Assembly: GCA_049970055.1 (NCBI GenBank) | Contig: JBMFNR010000001.1 | Span: forward strand, 512,001 to 576,000 | DNA from: Fervidobacterium sp. | GTDB lineage: Bacteria > Thermotogota > Thermotogae > Thermotogales > Fervidobacteriaceae | Reading direction: 5' to 3' | DNA length: 64,000 nt | Shown here: positions 1-9,565 of the stretch, piece after piece | Numbering within the stretch: position 1 is the first letter of the stretch | Layout of the letters: each line of letters begins with the position of its first letter | Translations under genes and position numbers: made by a program | The notes under the pieces: model-generated | Databases searched by the model: none | What the model was told of the DNA's origin: nothing | Seen by the model: only the letters and a program-made list of their open reading frames with translations

Positions 1-174
1 CAAGCAAAGAAGGTGATATTTGTGGAACAGAATGCAACAGGCCAATTTGCAAATCTTTTGAAATTGGAATTTGGAGTCGATACATCGAGGCGAATATTGA
101 AGTACAGTGGATATGTATTTTCAGTTGAGGAGTTAGTTTCCAGATTGAAGCGGGAGGTTGATTCACATGTTTGA
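1..174 (+). CDS. 2-oxoacid:ferredoxin oxidoreductase alpha subunit, 3' end (partial)
   Basis: Frame 1 is open from the window start ([21 protein letters not shown]...DSHV*), with TGA at 172-174. VEQNxxGQ is typical of the OFOR alpha C-terminus, and the gene overlaps the beta subunit start. Confidence 0.8.
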   Translation, partial: QAKKVIFVEQNATGQFANLLKLEFGVDTSRRILKYSGYVFSVEELVSRLKREVDSHV

Positions 175-997
175 AACAAAAATCTACGATATTCCTGATG
201 CTGATATTGCGTGGTGCCCAGGTTGCGGGAATTTCGGTATTATCAATGAACTTAAAACAGCTCTTGCACAACTTGAATTGGAACCACAAAAAGTTGTTGT
301 TGTTTCAGGTATCGGTCAAGCTGCAAAGATGCCGCAATACGTTAGAGCTCATATGTTTAACGGTTTGCATGGAAGGTCACTTCCAGCAGCTGTTGCTATA
401 AAGATGGTCAATCCTGAATTGATAGTTATCGCTGAAAGTGGTGATGGTTGTACATACGGAGAGGGTGGAAACCATTTTATTCATACCATAAGGAAAAATC
501 CCAATATAACGAATATTGTGCACGATAATCAAATTTACGGGTTAACAAAAGGTCAGGCGTCACCAACAACGGCACGTGGACAAGTAACAACTTTACAATT
601 TGAAGGTACATACGTAGATCCATTCAATCCTATAGCTGTTGCTGTTGCACTTGATGCTTCTTTTGTTGCCAGGAGTTTTTCTGGAAACTTTGGGTTAACC
701 GTTGAGTTAATAAAAATGGCGATACAGCATAAAGGTTATGCGCTTGTCGATATTCTCCAACCATGTGTAACATTCAATAAAGTAAATACTTACCAATGGT
801 ACAAAGAGCACACGTATTTGTTACCAGATAGTTACGATCCAACAGATAGGCAAGCCGCATTTAAGGTAGCAACGGATGTTGGGAAATTAGCACTTGGTGT
901 CATATACAAAAATCCGAATAAACCTGTTTTTGAAGAGCAGCTTCCACCTTACAAACAAGATAAAACACCTGTTGCATACAGGGGGTTAGACTTATGA
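167..997 (+). CDS. 2-oxoacid:ferredoxin oxidoreductase beta subunit (TPP-binding)
   Basis: WCPGCG, HGR, GDG...EGGNH and [11 protein letters not shown] motifs; ATG 167 follows a GGAGG Shine-Dalgarno (SD). Confidence 0.92.
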   Translation: MFETKIYDIPDADIAWCPGCGNFGIINELKTALAQLELEPQKVVVVSGIGQAAKMPQYVRAHMFNGLHGRSLPAAVAIKMVNPELIVIAESGDGCTYGEGGNHFIHTIRKNPNITNIVHDNQIYGLTKGQASPTTARGQVTTLQFEGTYVDPFNPIAVAVALDASFVARSFSGNFGLTVELIKMAIQHKGYALVDILQPCVTFNKVNTYQWYKEHTYLLPDSYDPTDRQAAFKVATDVGKLALGVIYKNPNKPVFEEQLPPYKQDKTPVAYRGLDL

Positions 998-1977
998 GCA
1001 TTATATCAAGTAACTACAAACTAATACCAGAATTTGTTTTAAAAGATGAGGAAGGGAACGAATTTACCTGGCAAAATTTGCTAGGTAAATATGCTGTTGT
1101 ATATTTTTATCCAAAGGCAAATACTCCGGGATGTACGATGGAAGGTATTGACTTTTCACGATTGATTGATGAATTTGAAGGTAACGTTATTGGTATTTCA
1201 CCTGATAGCTGTAACGCAATTTCCAGTTTTAAGTCTAAAAGGGGTTTAAAAGTTAAGTTGTTATCAGATCCAGATAAAATTGTGGCTGAAAAGTTTGGTG
1301 TTGTGAAAGATGGAAAGTTAATACGTTCTACGTTCATCGTTGACCCATGGGGTAGGATAAGGCATGAGTGGATAAAGGTCAATGTTCAGGGGCATGCGCA
1401 GGAAGTTTTAGAAGTGTATCGAGAAATAAAGGATAAAGATAAGTTGATATCCGATAACATACAAGTGAGAAGGGCGTTCAGGGGTATCAGATCAGAGCCA
1501 ATTATTGATGAGGATTTGAGAAAATTAATTCAAGCGGCACATCTTGCACCATCTTGTATGAACAGACAGCCTTGGAGGTTTATCGTTGTAAAAAGCAAGG
1601 AAAAACTTAAACAATTACACGAAACATTGAGCGATGGAAATTATTGGATGAAAAAAGCACCAGCACTTATAATTGTCTATACGAGGAATGATCTAGGCTG
1701 TCAATTAAGTGATGAAAGAAATTACGCAATTTTTGATACTGGTACTGCTGTTGGTCTGATGCTTACGCAAGCAACTCAAATGGGATTAGTCGCACACCCG
1801 GTTGCCGGATATGATCCGTTGAAAGTTAAACAAATATTCGACATAGATGGAATAGTGTTGACAATAATCGCAATTGGATATTGGGGCAATTTTGAGCTAC
1901 TTAATGAAAAACACAAAGGACTAGAAAATGGTGAAAGAATTAGACTACCAATTGATGAAGTTGTAAAATTTGAATAA
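994..1977 (+). CDS. Peroxiredoxin (BCP/PrxQ)-nitroreductase fusion
   Basis: N-half has [14 protein letters not shown] (BCP); C-half has [15 protein letters not shown] and DTG (nitroreductase). ATGA overlap with the upstream gene. Confidence 0.9.
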   Translation: MSIISSNYKLIPEFVLKDEEGNEFTWQNLLGKYAVVYFYPKANTPGCTMEGIDFSRLIDEFEGNVIGISPDSCNAISSFKSKRGLKVKLLSDPDKIVAEKFGVVKDGKLIRSTFIVDPWGRIRHEWIKVNVQGHAQEVLEVYREIKDKDKLISDNIQVRRAFRGIRSEPIIDEDLRKLIQAAHLAPSCMNRQPWRFIVVKSKEKLKQLHETLSDGNYWMKKAPALIIVYTRNDLGCQLSDERNYAIFDTGTAVGLMLTQATQMGLVAHPVAGYDPLKVKQIFDIDGIVLTIIAIGYWGNFELLNEKHKGLENGERIRLPIDEVVKFE

Positions 1978-2041
1978 AATTGCCTAAGATCACCCTCCAC
2001 TCACTCTGCAACTTTCCAAAAAATTAATATCATAACTTTAT

Positions 2042-2065
2042 GCCACCAAAAATGGTGGCTTTTTT
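2042..2065 (+). terminator. Intrinsic terminator
   Basis: GCCACCA-AAAA-TGGTGGC followed by TTTTTT, between convergent genes. Confidence 0.7.
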
Positions 2066-2297
2066 AGTCTCTGTAAACGGTAACAAGGTAAAATTCTTTG
2101 CCGTTCCATCTTACGATTGCTGTTAAAGTACCGTCAGTTAATTTTATGTTCCCATTTTTTAGAAATGTCACCTGGGTGTTTTTGGATTCCAACAGGTTTT
2201 TTAGTTCGTCTATTGAGATTTTCCTTTCGACCATTCTTTCAAAAGAATGAGGAGTTAAAAGCAAGTTTTTGTTTAGTAATTCAATATGCAAAACCAT
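2064..2297 (-). CDS. Small DUF4258-like protein (RelE/BrnT-like fold suspected)
   Basis: ATG 2297 after GGAGG; TPHSFERMVERKIS and C-terminal LVTVY match the DUF4258 pattern. Confidence 0.6.
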   Translation of the reverse strand: MVLHIELLNKNLLLTPHSFERMVERKISIDELKNLLESKNTQVTFLKNGNIKLTDGTLTAIVRWNGKEFYLVTVYRD

Positions 2298-2389
2298 TTT
2301 CAGACCTCCCCGTAGATAAAAAACTTTAGGTAAAAGAAAAACAAAATGGTATAATATAAAATAAATTTCACCATATCGGGAGGGCAAAA

Positions 2390-3976
2390 ATGAGATTTAA
2401 GGAAAAAATCTCCAAGTTAGCTACTACGATACGTTTCTTACTTCCGTACTATTTTATCGCATTTGTGGGTTTTTTTGTTCTCGTTATGCTATTTCGATTT
2501 TCAGTATCTCCGCATGGGTATACTATAACTGAATGGAATATGAGAAGAAAAGCTTCCGATACTTTAAGTGTAACTCAGGTGAATGTTCCGTACTATGAGA
2601 TCTTGAAAAAACCTGAAACAGTGATTTTCTATGCAAAACTGAACAAAAAATTCATTGAGGAAAACTATTATCTTTACTTACCTCAAATAGATAGCTCTTA
2701 TCTGGCGGTTTATTCAAACAACAGATTAGTCGGAAGCTATGGTTTTTCAAAAGCGCGTACTGGCCATTTTTGGTACCAACCTTTTATTTTTCAGCTCCCG
2801 AAAGATACCGAAGAAATAACTTTGGAAATTTCTGGTGTGTATGAGGTTGGTATAGATTTTCCACCTACCTTAATTGGCGAAAGTCAAAAGTATAAATATA
2901 TGATATTATATTTACTAACGAATGTTTTTCTACTCGTGAGTAGCGGGCTTGCACTAACATTGTCGTTAATTTTATATATGATATCAAAAAATCTAACTGA
3001 CAAGAAACGTAGCGTTTATCTCCATTTTAGTATGGCAAGCTTTCTAGGCGCTTTGTGGCTCTTTGACCTTATACCTTTTCCAGATATGGGAGGAATATTA
3101 GCGATTCTTATTCTCAGAAAGATTTTTGTTGCTTCCGCATATCTTGGCTTAGCATCTTTGATATATGGACTTTCAAGACAGTATTTTGACAATATTTCGA
3201 TTTTCTCAAAAGTGTTAATACTCTTAGATATTCTGGCAGCTGGTATATTGTTTCTTGCTCCAAACCATTACCATATGAAAGTTTTTTCGAATAACGTGGC
3301 ATTCTTACTTTTATTTAATGCGGTATATATTGTTGTAAAGATTTCCGAAACCTATTCGCCTACACATGTAGCTTTTTCATTCTTCTTTGCTCTCACGGTC
3401 ATTCATGACGGAGTTGCAATGTTTCTATCAACAAATCAAAAGTTGATATCAATGTACGGAATTATAGCACTCTTTGCTGGCTTTTCGTACAGCCTGGTAA
3501 ACGAGTACAAAGATATGATTGTTGGTATGTCATTAGCTTACATGAAAAGTATAACAGATCCATTGACTGGAGCGTTCAACAGGGGCGCACTATCGGAAAT
3601 TAACCTTTCCCACAACGACGCACTTGTTTATATAGATATGAACAAATTCAAACAGATCAACGATAAATATGGTCACAAAGTTGGCGACGAAATATTAAAA
3701 ATACTTGTAAACACAATTAGATCCACTATAAGAAAATCAGATTTAATAATTCGCATGGGCGGTGATGAGTTCTTAGTTATTCTGAAAGAATGTTCTGTGG
3801 AGAAAGCAAGAGAAATAATAGAGAACGCAAGACAAGGATTTAACAAATCTCATGAGTTAAGGCCCGATTTTTCGTACGGCGTAGTTGCGTACCTTTCTGA
3901 CCTTCAAAATTCATTACATGAGGTTGATAAATTGATGTACAAAATGAAGGAAAAAGAAGTAAAAGAAGGAAAATAA
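2390..3976 (+). CDS. Membrane-bound diguanylate cyclase (extracellular domain, multi-TM region, GGDEF)
   Basis: DPLTGAFNR, D.NKFKQIND.YGH..GD, RKSD I-site five residues before GGDEF; several hydrophobic helices. Confidence 0.9.
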   Translation: MRFKEKISKLATTIRFLLPYYFIAFVGFFVLVMLFRFSVSPHGYTITEWNMRRKASDTLSVTQVNVPYYEILKKPETVIFYAKLNKKFIEENYYLYLPQIDSSYLAVYSNNRLVGSYGFSKARTGHFWYQPFIFQLPKDTEEITLEISGVYEVGIDFPPTLIGESQKYKYMILYLLTNVFLLVSSGLALTLSLILYMISKNLTDKKRSVYLHFSMASFLGALWLFDLIPFPDMGGILAILILRKIFVASAYLGLASLIYGLSRQYFDNISIFSKVLILLDILAAGILFLAPNHYHMKVFSNNVAFLLLFNAVYIVVKISETYSPTHVAFSFFFALTVIHDGVAMFLSTNQKLISMYGIIALFAGFSYSLVNEYKDMIVGMSLAYMKSITDPLTGAFNRGALSEINLSHNDALVYIDMNKFKQINDKYGHKVGDEILKILVNTIRSTIRKSDLIIRMGGDEFLVILKECSVEKAREIIENARQGFNKSHELRPDFSYGVVAYLSDLQNSLHEVDKLMYKMKEKEVKEGK

Positions 3977-3985
3977 AAATTCCTA

Positions 3986-4015
3986 TTGACAAAATGGCTA
4001 AATATTTTGTATAAT
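3986..4015 (+). promoter_or_regulatory. Sigma-70/A promoter of the lysine operon
   Basis: TTGACA (3986-3991), N18, TATAAT (4010-4015). Confidence 0.8.
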
Positions 4016-4087
4016 AGCCACAAAACACGGAAATCAAACTAACGAAGAGTTTAGAACGTTTAGCAAGCAATTATCGAGGGGAATTAA

Positions 4088-4210
4088 ATGAAGGTTGTGA
4101 GCTTTTCAATCTTGGATTCTATTTTCAGCGAATATATTAACAAGATGAATAAAAAAGCTAAACGCAGCTGCCCGCTGGATGGTGGTCAGCTTGTGTTTGG
4201 CATGGGTTAA
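4088..4210 (+). CDS. Lysine-operon leader peptide (40 aa, MKVVSFSILDSIFSEYINKMNKKAKRSCPLDGGQLVFGMG)
   Basis: GAGGGG SD before ATG 4088; Lys codons at 4142, 4151, 4154 and 4160; TAA 4208-4210; overlaps the attenuator hairpins. Not in the ORF track. Confidence 0.75.
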   Translation: MKVVSFSILDSIFSEYINKMNKKAKRSCPLDGGQLVFGMG

Positions 4211-4270
4211 ATAAACGCAAGTGAATCACCAAAAAGCGGGCTACAGGGAAAAACTGTAGCCCGCTTTTTT
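4160..4270 (+). promoter_or_regulatory. Transcription attenuator (protector 4160-4198, antiterminator 4170-4241, terminator 4231-4270)
   Basis: Terminator AAAAAGCGGGCTACAG-N7-CTGTAGCCCGCTTTTTT; alternative base pairings traced by eye (see findings). Confidence 0.8.
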
Positions 4271-4301
4271 ATTACTAAAGCTTGAGAAGGAGGTAGCGAA
4301 G

Positions 4302-5294
4302 ATGTTGAAGGTGGGTATTGTTGGTGTAACAGGTGCAGTGGGACGGAACATGCTGGAAGTACTTGAAAATTCCAAACTCGATTTTTCTCAGGTAAGGTTA
4401 TTTGCTTCTGAACGTTCTGCAGGACGAAAGTTAAAATTTAGAGGTGTGGATTTACCAGTAGAACTTTTAACTGAAGAAGCGATGAAGGAGGGTTTTGATT
4501 ATTTACTTTTTTCCGCAGGTTCTGAAGTATCAAAAAAATTTGTACCCATCGCTGCAAAGGCTGAAAGTGTGGTAATTGATAATTCTTCAGTCTTCAGAAT
4601 GGTACCGCAGGTTCCACTCGTTGTTCCAGAGGTCAACGGACATCTGCTAAAAGATTATAGGGGAATAGTTGCGAATCCTAATTGTTCCACTATTCAAATG
4701 GTTCTTGCACTTTACAGGGTTCACGACAGATACCATCTTCACGAAATATTTGTTTCGACATATCAAGCTGTTTCGGGTGCAGGTTACAAAGCTATTCAAG
4801 AGTACGAAAATCAGCTCGCTGGCAGTTCAGAACGCAAAGTCTTTGCCAGGCAGATAGCGCATAATGTTATACCACTAATCGGTGATATAACAGATGATAT
4901 TACACAAGAGGAATGGAAAATGATAAACGAGACAAGAAAAATCCTAAATTCAAGATCGCTCAACGTATTTCCCACAACTGTAAGGGTACCTGTTAGGATT
5001 GGGCATTCGGAAAGTGTTGTTGCAAGAACACTCTTTCCAATAATGTCGAAAGAAGACCTTATTGAAACTATTGAAAGTTCAGAAGATGTCATTTTGCACG
5101 AAGATATCATCACACCGATAGAAGTAGAGAAAGATGATTATGTGCATGTGAGTAGGGTGAGACTCTTTGATGCTCACACATTTGGGATCTGGGTGGTTGC
5201 TGACAATTTACGTATTGGTGCGGCAACGAATGCGGTGAGGATTTTAGAAAAACATTTGCAGCTAAACAATTCGATAGTCCCTTCAAACAGGTGA
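4302..5294 (+). CDS. asd: Aspartate-semialdehyde dehydrogenase
   Basis: GVTGAVG Rossmann motif, IDNSS.FR, ANPNCST, YQAVSGAG, DNLRIGAA; AGGAGG SD. Confidence 0.96.
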   Translation: MLKVGIVGVTGAVGRNMLEVLENSKLDFSQVRLFASERSAGRKLKFRGVDLPVELLTEEAMKEGFDYLLFSAGSEVSKKFVPIAAKAESVVIDNSSVFRMVPQVPLVVPEVNGHLLKDYRGIVANPNCSTIQMVLALYRVHDRYHLHEIFVSTYQAVSGAGYKAIQEYENQLAGSSERKVFARQIAHNVIPLIGDITDDITQEEWKMINETRKILNSRSLNVFPTTVRVPVRIGHSESVVARTLFPIMSKEDLIETIESSEDVILHEDIITPIEVEKDDYVHVSRVRLFDAHTFGIWVVADNLRIGAATNAVRILEKHLQLNNSIVPSNR

Positions 5295-5298
5295 TCGT

Positions 5299-6039
5299 AT
5301 GAGAAGAATAATAGAAAGAATAGAAAAGTACAACGCAACAGGGAATACGTTCATCGTTGTCGATTGCGCTTACAATGTAGTGAGTGACGAAGAAAAAAGG
5401 GAGATCGTGCTTAAGAATTGTGAAAACAGAGACGGGGCGTTATTTGTTGAAAAAAGGCAAGGAATGTTTCACATGGATTATTTCAATAGGGATGGTAAAA
5501 GAGCAAGCTTTTGTGGCAACGGATTTAGGACTTTTGCCGCGTATCTAAGGGATTTTTACGGTATATTAGGTGAGGTTCAGATATCAACAAATGCTGGGGT
5601 ACTGAAGGCTATAATTGACTCAACTATTAATGCTCAGATGCCTCATACAAAATACGTTAGAGAGGTGTTCTTTGAGAATTTTCATGGAGTACTTATGGAA
5701 ACAGGAGTGCCACATCTTGTTTTTAATGTGGACGATGTTGAGAGAGTTGAGATGGACAAAATAGCACCCAAGTTACGTTGGCAATATGATACTAATGTTG
5801 ATTTCTTCGAGGTTTTAGGTGAAAGAAGCCTCAAGGTAAGAACCTACGAGAGAGGTGTCGAAGCGGAAACGTTATCGTGCGGTTCTGGCATCACAACGGT
5901 GGCATATTTTTACAAATACTATACTCTGAAAGATCCCATTCTACCGGACAAGATAAACATTACAGCACGTGGTGGAAATTTAAGTGTGTTTTTCACTCCA
6001 AACGAAATATACCTCGAGGGGGATGTTGTGCATGAGTGA
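5299..6039 (+). CDS. dapF: Diaminopimelate epimerase
   Basis: KY.ATGNTF, FCGNG, GVPH, RTYERGVE.ETLSCGSG (both catalytic Cys present). Confidence 0.92.
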   Translation: MRRIIERIEKYNATGNTFIVVDCAYNVVSDEEKREIVLKNCENRDGALFVEKRQGMFHMDYFNRDGKRASFCGNGFRTFAAYLRDFYGILGEVQISTNAGVLKAIIDSTINAQMPHTKYVREVFFENFHGVLMETGVPHLVFNVDDVERVEMDKIAPKLRWQYDTNVDFFEVLGERSLKVRTYERGVEAETLSCGSGITTVAYFYKYYTLKDPILPDKINITARGGNLSVFFTPNEIYLEGDVVHE

Positions 6040-6946
6040 GTTAGGAAAGTTACAAAATGTAGATGGTATGTTCACAGGTGTTGGGACTGCGATAGTTACT
6101 CCCTTTAACGACGGTGAAGTCGACTACGAGACCTATAAGAAACTGGTTGAGTGGCAATTGGAATCTGGTGTGCAAGCTATTGTAGTTGCTGGAACTACGG
6201 GTGAAGGTGCTACGCTTAGTTTATTTGAGCGTGAGAAATTAACCGTTTTAACGAAAGAGATTTGCGAAAAGAAAGCTCAAGTGATTGTAGGAACAGGAAC
6301 AAATGATACCCACAAAACGTTGGAATTATCAAAAAATGCCGAACAAAATGGTGCAGACGCGCTTTTAATTGTCACTCCTTATTATAATAAACCAACTCAG
6401 GAAGGATTGTATGCTCATTACAGATACCTTTCTGAGAGGTTGGATAAGTCCATAATTATATACAATGTGCCATCAAGAACAGGTATTAACATTGCGCCGG
6501 AAACTGTTGCAAGATTAGCTAGCGATTGCAAGAATATAAAAGCGATAAAGGAAGCTAATAGTGATATTAACCAAGCTGATGAGATATACAGACTAACTGA
6601 AGGAAAATTTGTTATCTACTCAGGTAACGATGATAGAGCGTTTCATATGGTTTGTGCAGGGGCCAAGGGTGTTATATCCGTTGCTTCTAATGTAATTCCT
6701 GCTCAGATAGTGAAGCTAATTGATTTGGCATTGAAAGGTCAGGTATCCCAAGCAAGGGAGTTACATTTCAAATACCTCGAATTAATGAAAGTACTATTTG
6801 TTGAATCAAATCCTATTCCAGTCAAAGCTGCGTTGAGTCTGATGGGGATTATAAGAAATGAACTTAGGCTACCACTGGTAAGCGCAAAAACTTCAACAAT
6901 CGAGCTGCTTAAAAATTCATTAAAGAAGGTTGGTGTACTGTTATGA
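6032..6946 (+). CDS. dapA: 4-hydroxy-tetrahydrodipicolinate synthase
   Basis: GTTGE, PYYNKP, YNVPSRTG, IKEA, NPIPVK; ATG 6032 after GAGGGGG. Confidence 0.95.
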   Translation: MSELGKLQNVDGMFTGVGTAIVTPFNDGEVDYETYKKLVEWQLESGVQAIVVAGTTGEGATLSLFEREKLTVLTKEICEKKAQVIVGTGTNDTHKTLELSKNAEQNGADALLIVTPYYNKPTQEGLYAHYRYLSERLDKSIIIYNVPSRTGINIAPETVARLASDCKNIKAIKEANSDINQADEIYRLTEGKFVIYSGNDDRAFHMVCAGAKGVISVASNVIPAQIVKLIDLALKGQVSQARELHFKYLELMKVLFVESNPIPVKAALSLMGIIRNELRLPLVSAKTSTIELLKNSLKKVGVLL

Positions 6947-7608
6947 AATATGGAGTAGTTGGTTTTAAAGGGAAAATGGGTAGGGAAATAGTAGAGTATT
7001 TTTCAAGTATGAACGATGAGCTGGTAGCGAAATATGATGTTGATTTAGAAGAAGTTAATGAAAGGCCGGAAGTTTTAGTTGATTTTTCCAACAGAAAAGC
7101 ACTTGATAGAACTATTGGAATTTGTGAAGAACTTTCTTGCCCACTTGTTATTGGAACAACGGCATTAAGTGAAAATGATTTTGAAAAACTCAAAAAATTG
7201 TCTGAAAAGGTACCAGTTGTTCAAAGTTACAATTTTTCAGAGGGTGTAGCAATTGTAAAAGCGATACTTGAAGTGTTTGCAAGTTATTTCGACGGTTGGG
7301 ATGGAGCGATAGTTGAGGTACATCATAATGAGAAAAAAGACACTCCATCAGGTACCGCAATTGTTTTGAAAAATGCTATTGGCAAAGATATACCTATAAG
7401 TTCCTTGCGAATAGGAGGTGTTTTTGGCGAACATACGATAATTTTTGCAAATCGTGGCGAAGTTGTGGAAATATCCCATAAAGCTTTGTCGAGAAGAGCT
7501 TTTTCTTTGGGAGTGCGTAAAGCCGCACTGTATGCTTTGACAAAAACAAGTGGTTTCTATACATATTCCGATGTGCTGAAAGCTCAGATAGGGGGAGATA
7601 GGTTATGA
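6943..7608 (+). CDS. dapB: 4-hydroxy-tetrahydrodipicolinate reductase
   Basis: G.KGKMG, DFS, IGTT, EVHH.EKKD.PSGTA, R.GGV.GEH. Confidence 0.93.
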   Translation: MKYGVVGFKGKMGREIVEYFSSMNDELVAKYDVDLEEVNERPEVLVDFSNRKALDRTIGICEELSCPLVIGTTALSENDFEKLKKLSEKVPVVQSYNFSEGVAIVKAILEVFASYFDGWDGAIVEVHHNEKKDTPSGTAIVLKNAIGKDIPISSLRIGGVFGEHTIIFANRGEVVEISHKALSRRAFSLGVRKAALYALTKTSGFYTYSDVLKAQIGGDRL

Positions 7609-8348
7609 TTATCGATAAAAAGCCAAGTCAATTAACAAGTGAAGAGATCATCCAGCTCATTGCAAAAAGTAAGAAGAGAACGATTGCCAGAGTTTTTGTG
7701 AGTGGTGATCTAAAATCTTTGAATTTAGAAAAGATCGATGGATACGGTGAAGAATTTGAATTCGTAGGAGATGATAGTTTTGGAGTTCTTTTTGGAAGCT
7801 ATGAATATATAGAAAAGATTATTCAGAGCAAGAATAACTTGAAGTACAAAGTTGAATTTCTGGCACGCAATTCAGCGATTCCGCTTGTGGATCTTTCTAA
7901 ATTTGATGCGCGAATAGAACCTGGAGCAATTATAAGAGAGTACGTTGAGATTGGCAACAACGCAGTGATAATGATGGGAGCTGTTGTAAACCTCGGTGCA
8001 GTGATTGGTGAGGGAACGATGATCGATATGAATGTTGTTGTGGGTGCGCGTGCAAGGATTGGGAAATTTTGCCATATAGGAGCCGGAAGTGTAATCGCTG
8101 GTGTTATTGAACCACCAAGTGCCGAGCCTGTAGTTATAGAGGACCATGTCATGGTAGGTGCGAATGCTGTCGTTTTAGAGGGAATTAGGGTTGGTTACCA
8201 TTCGGTTGTAGCAGCTGGAGCGGTCGTAGTGGAAGATGTACCGGAATACACTGTGGTAGCCGGCGTACCTGCGAGAGTGATAAAAAGAGTGGACGAAAGA
8301 ACTTTGAATAAAACACAGATTTTGGAAGATCTGAGAAAACTGAGGTGA
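7605..8348 (+). CDS. dapH: 2,3,4,5-tetrahydropyridine-2,6-dicarboxylate N-acetyltransferase
   Basis: RNSAIPL, ARIEPGAIIR, hexapeptide repeats, AGVIEPPSA.PV (Bacillus DapH type). Confidence 0.92.
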   Translation: MIIDKKPSQLTSEEIIQLIAKSKKRTIARVFVSGDLKSLNLEKIDGYGEEFEFVGDDSFGVLFGSYEYIEKIIQSKNNLKYKVEFLARNSAIPLVDLSKFDARIEPGAIIREYVEIGNNAVIMMGAVVNLGAVIGEGTMIDMNVVVGARARIGKFCHIGAGSVIAGVIEPPSAEPVVIEDHVMVGANAVVLEGIRVGYHSVVAAGAVVVEDVPEYTVVAGVPARVIKRVDERTLNKTQILEDLRKLR

Positions 8349-9556
8349 TGGAGTTGAGGCTAATAGTCCAAAAGTACGGGGGTTCATCAGTTGCTGATGT
8401 CGAGAAAATTAGGAATGTAGCAAATAGAATTGTTAATAAGGTGAGCGAGGGTTACAAGGTTGTCGTTGTTGTTTCCGCAATGGGCAAAACGACTGATCAG
8501 CTGATTTCGTTGGCAAAATCTGTTTCGTCGAGACCAGACGAACGTGAATTAGATATGCTACTTGTCACTGGGGAACAGGCATCGTGTGCACTCGTTACGA
8601 TGGCTTTAAAAGATTTGGGTGTTAGAGCAATTTCCTTGAATGCATTTCAGGCCAAAGTACTTACCACAAAACACCACACAAATGCAAGAATTTTGGATAT
8701 AAGTACCTCACATCTAAAAGAGTACTTGAATCAATTTGAAGTTGTGGTTGTTACAGGTTTTCAAGGAATAACAGACGATGGTCATTTTACAACTTTGGGA
8801 CGTGGTGGTTCTGATACTTCTGCTGTGGCACTCGCGGCAAAGTTAAAGTGTGAGTGTGAAATTTACAGTGATGTATCGGGCGTGTACTCATGCGATCCAA
8901 GGCTTTATCCAAAAGCTAAAAAATGGAGTTACATTACATACGAGGATATGCTCGAACTGGCCTCAACTGGAGCGAAGGTACTACATTCAAGGTCAGTTGA
9001 GATTGCTAAAAAATACAATGTGAAAGTCTATTGTGCTTCATCATTTACACAAGAGGAGGGAACTTGGGTGGTTGATAGGTTACCAGAGTGGTTGGAAGAA
9101 CCTGTTGTTACCGGTGTGAGTTTGGATAGAAACCAGGTGAAAGTGTCTATCATGGATCTTCCTAATGATGCTTCGGTTGTTACAGACATATTCAAAAGAG
9201 TTGCAGAAAAAGGAGTAAATGTTGACATGATATCGCTGGTAAAAAATGCTAACTCAACACATATTGCCTTCACAGCAATTCCAGATGGGGCTGAAAAAAT
9301 TAAAGAGTTGCTCGATGAAACGCTTTCAATCTACGGTGCCAAGTATCACTTCTACGGGCAATTTGCAAAAATCACAGTAGTTGGTACTGGCATGAGGTCA
9401 AGTTACGGTGTTGCATCAAAACTTCTCGAAGTATTGAAAAACGAAGGAACTGAACCAGAGTTGGTTACAACCTCTGAAATTAAGATTTCAATTCTTGTAC
9501 CAGAACAGAAAGCTCAAATACTTGTTGAAAAGATCTGTCAAGCCTTTGAGTTGTAA
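8348..9556 (+). CDS. lysC: Aspartate kinase (monofunctional, two ACT domains)
   Basis: VQKYGGSS, VVSAMG.TTD, TLGRGGSDT, C-terminal SEIKIS. Confidence 0.95.
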   Translation: MELRLIVQKYGGSSVADVEKIRNVANRIVNKVSEGYKVVVVVSAMGKTTDQLISLAKSVSSRPDERELDMLLVTGEQASCALVTMALKDLGVRAISLNAFQAKVLTTKHHTNARILDISTSHLKEYLNQFEVVVVTGFQGITDDGHFTTLGRGGSDTSAVALAAKLKCECEIYSDVSGVYSCDPRLYPKAKKWSYITYEDMLELASTGAKVLHSRSVEIAKKYNVKVYCASSFTQEEGTWVVDRLPEWLEEPVVTGVSLDRNQVKVSIMDLPNDASVVTDIFKRVAEKGVNVDMISLVKNANSTHIAFTAIPDGAEKIKELLDETLSIYGAKYHFYGQFAKITVVGTGMRSSYGVASKLLEVLKNEGTEPELVTTSEIKISILVPEQKAQILVEKICQAFEL

Positions 9557-9565
9557 ATTTTCACA

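Noticed and set aside
4016..4270. Lysine riboswitch or T-box upstream of asd
   Set aside because: No L-box signature (such as AGAGGNGC) is recognisable, and GGTGGTCAGC at 4181 does not match the T-box UGGNACC bulge. The leader-peptide model explains the structure better. An Rfam scan should confirm this.
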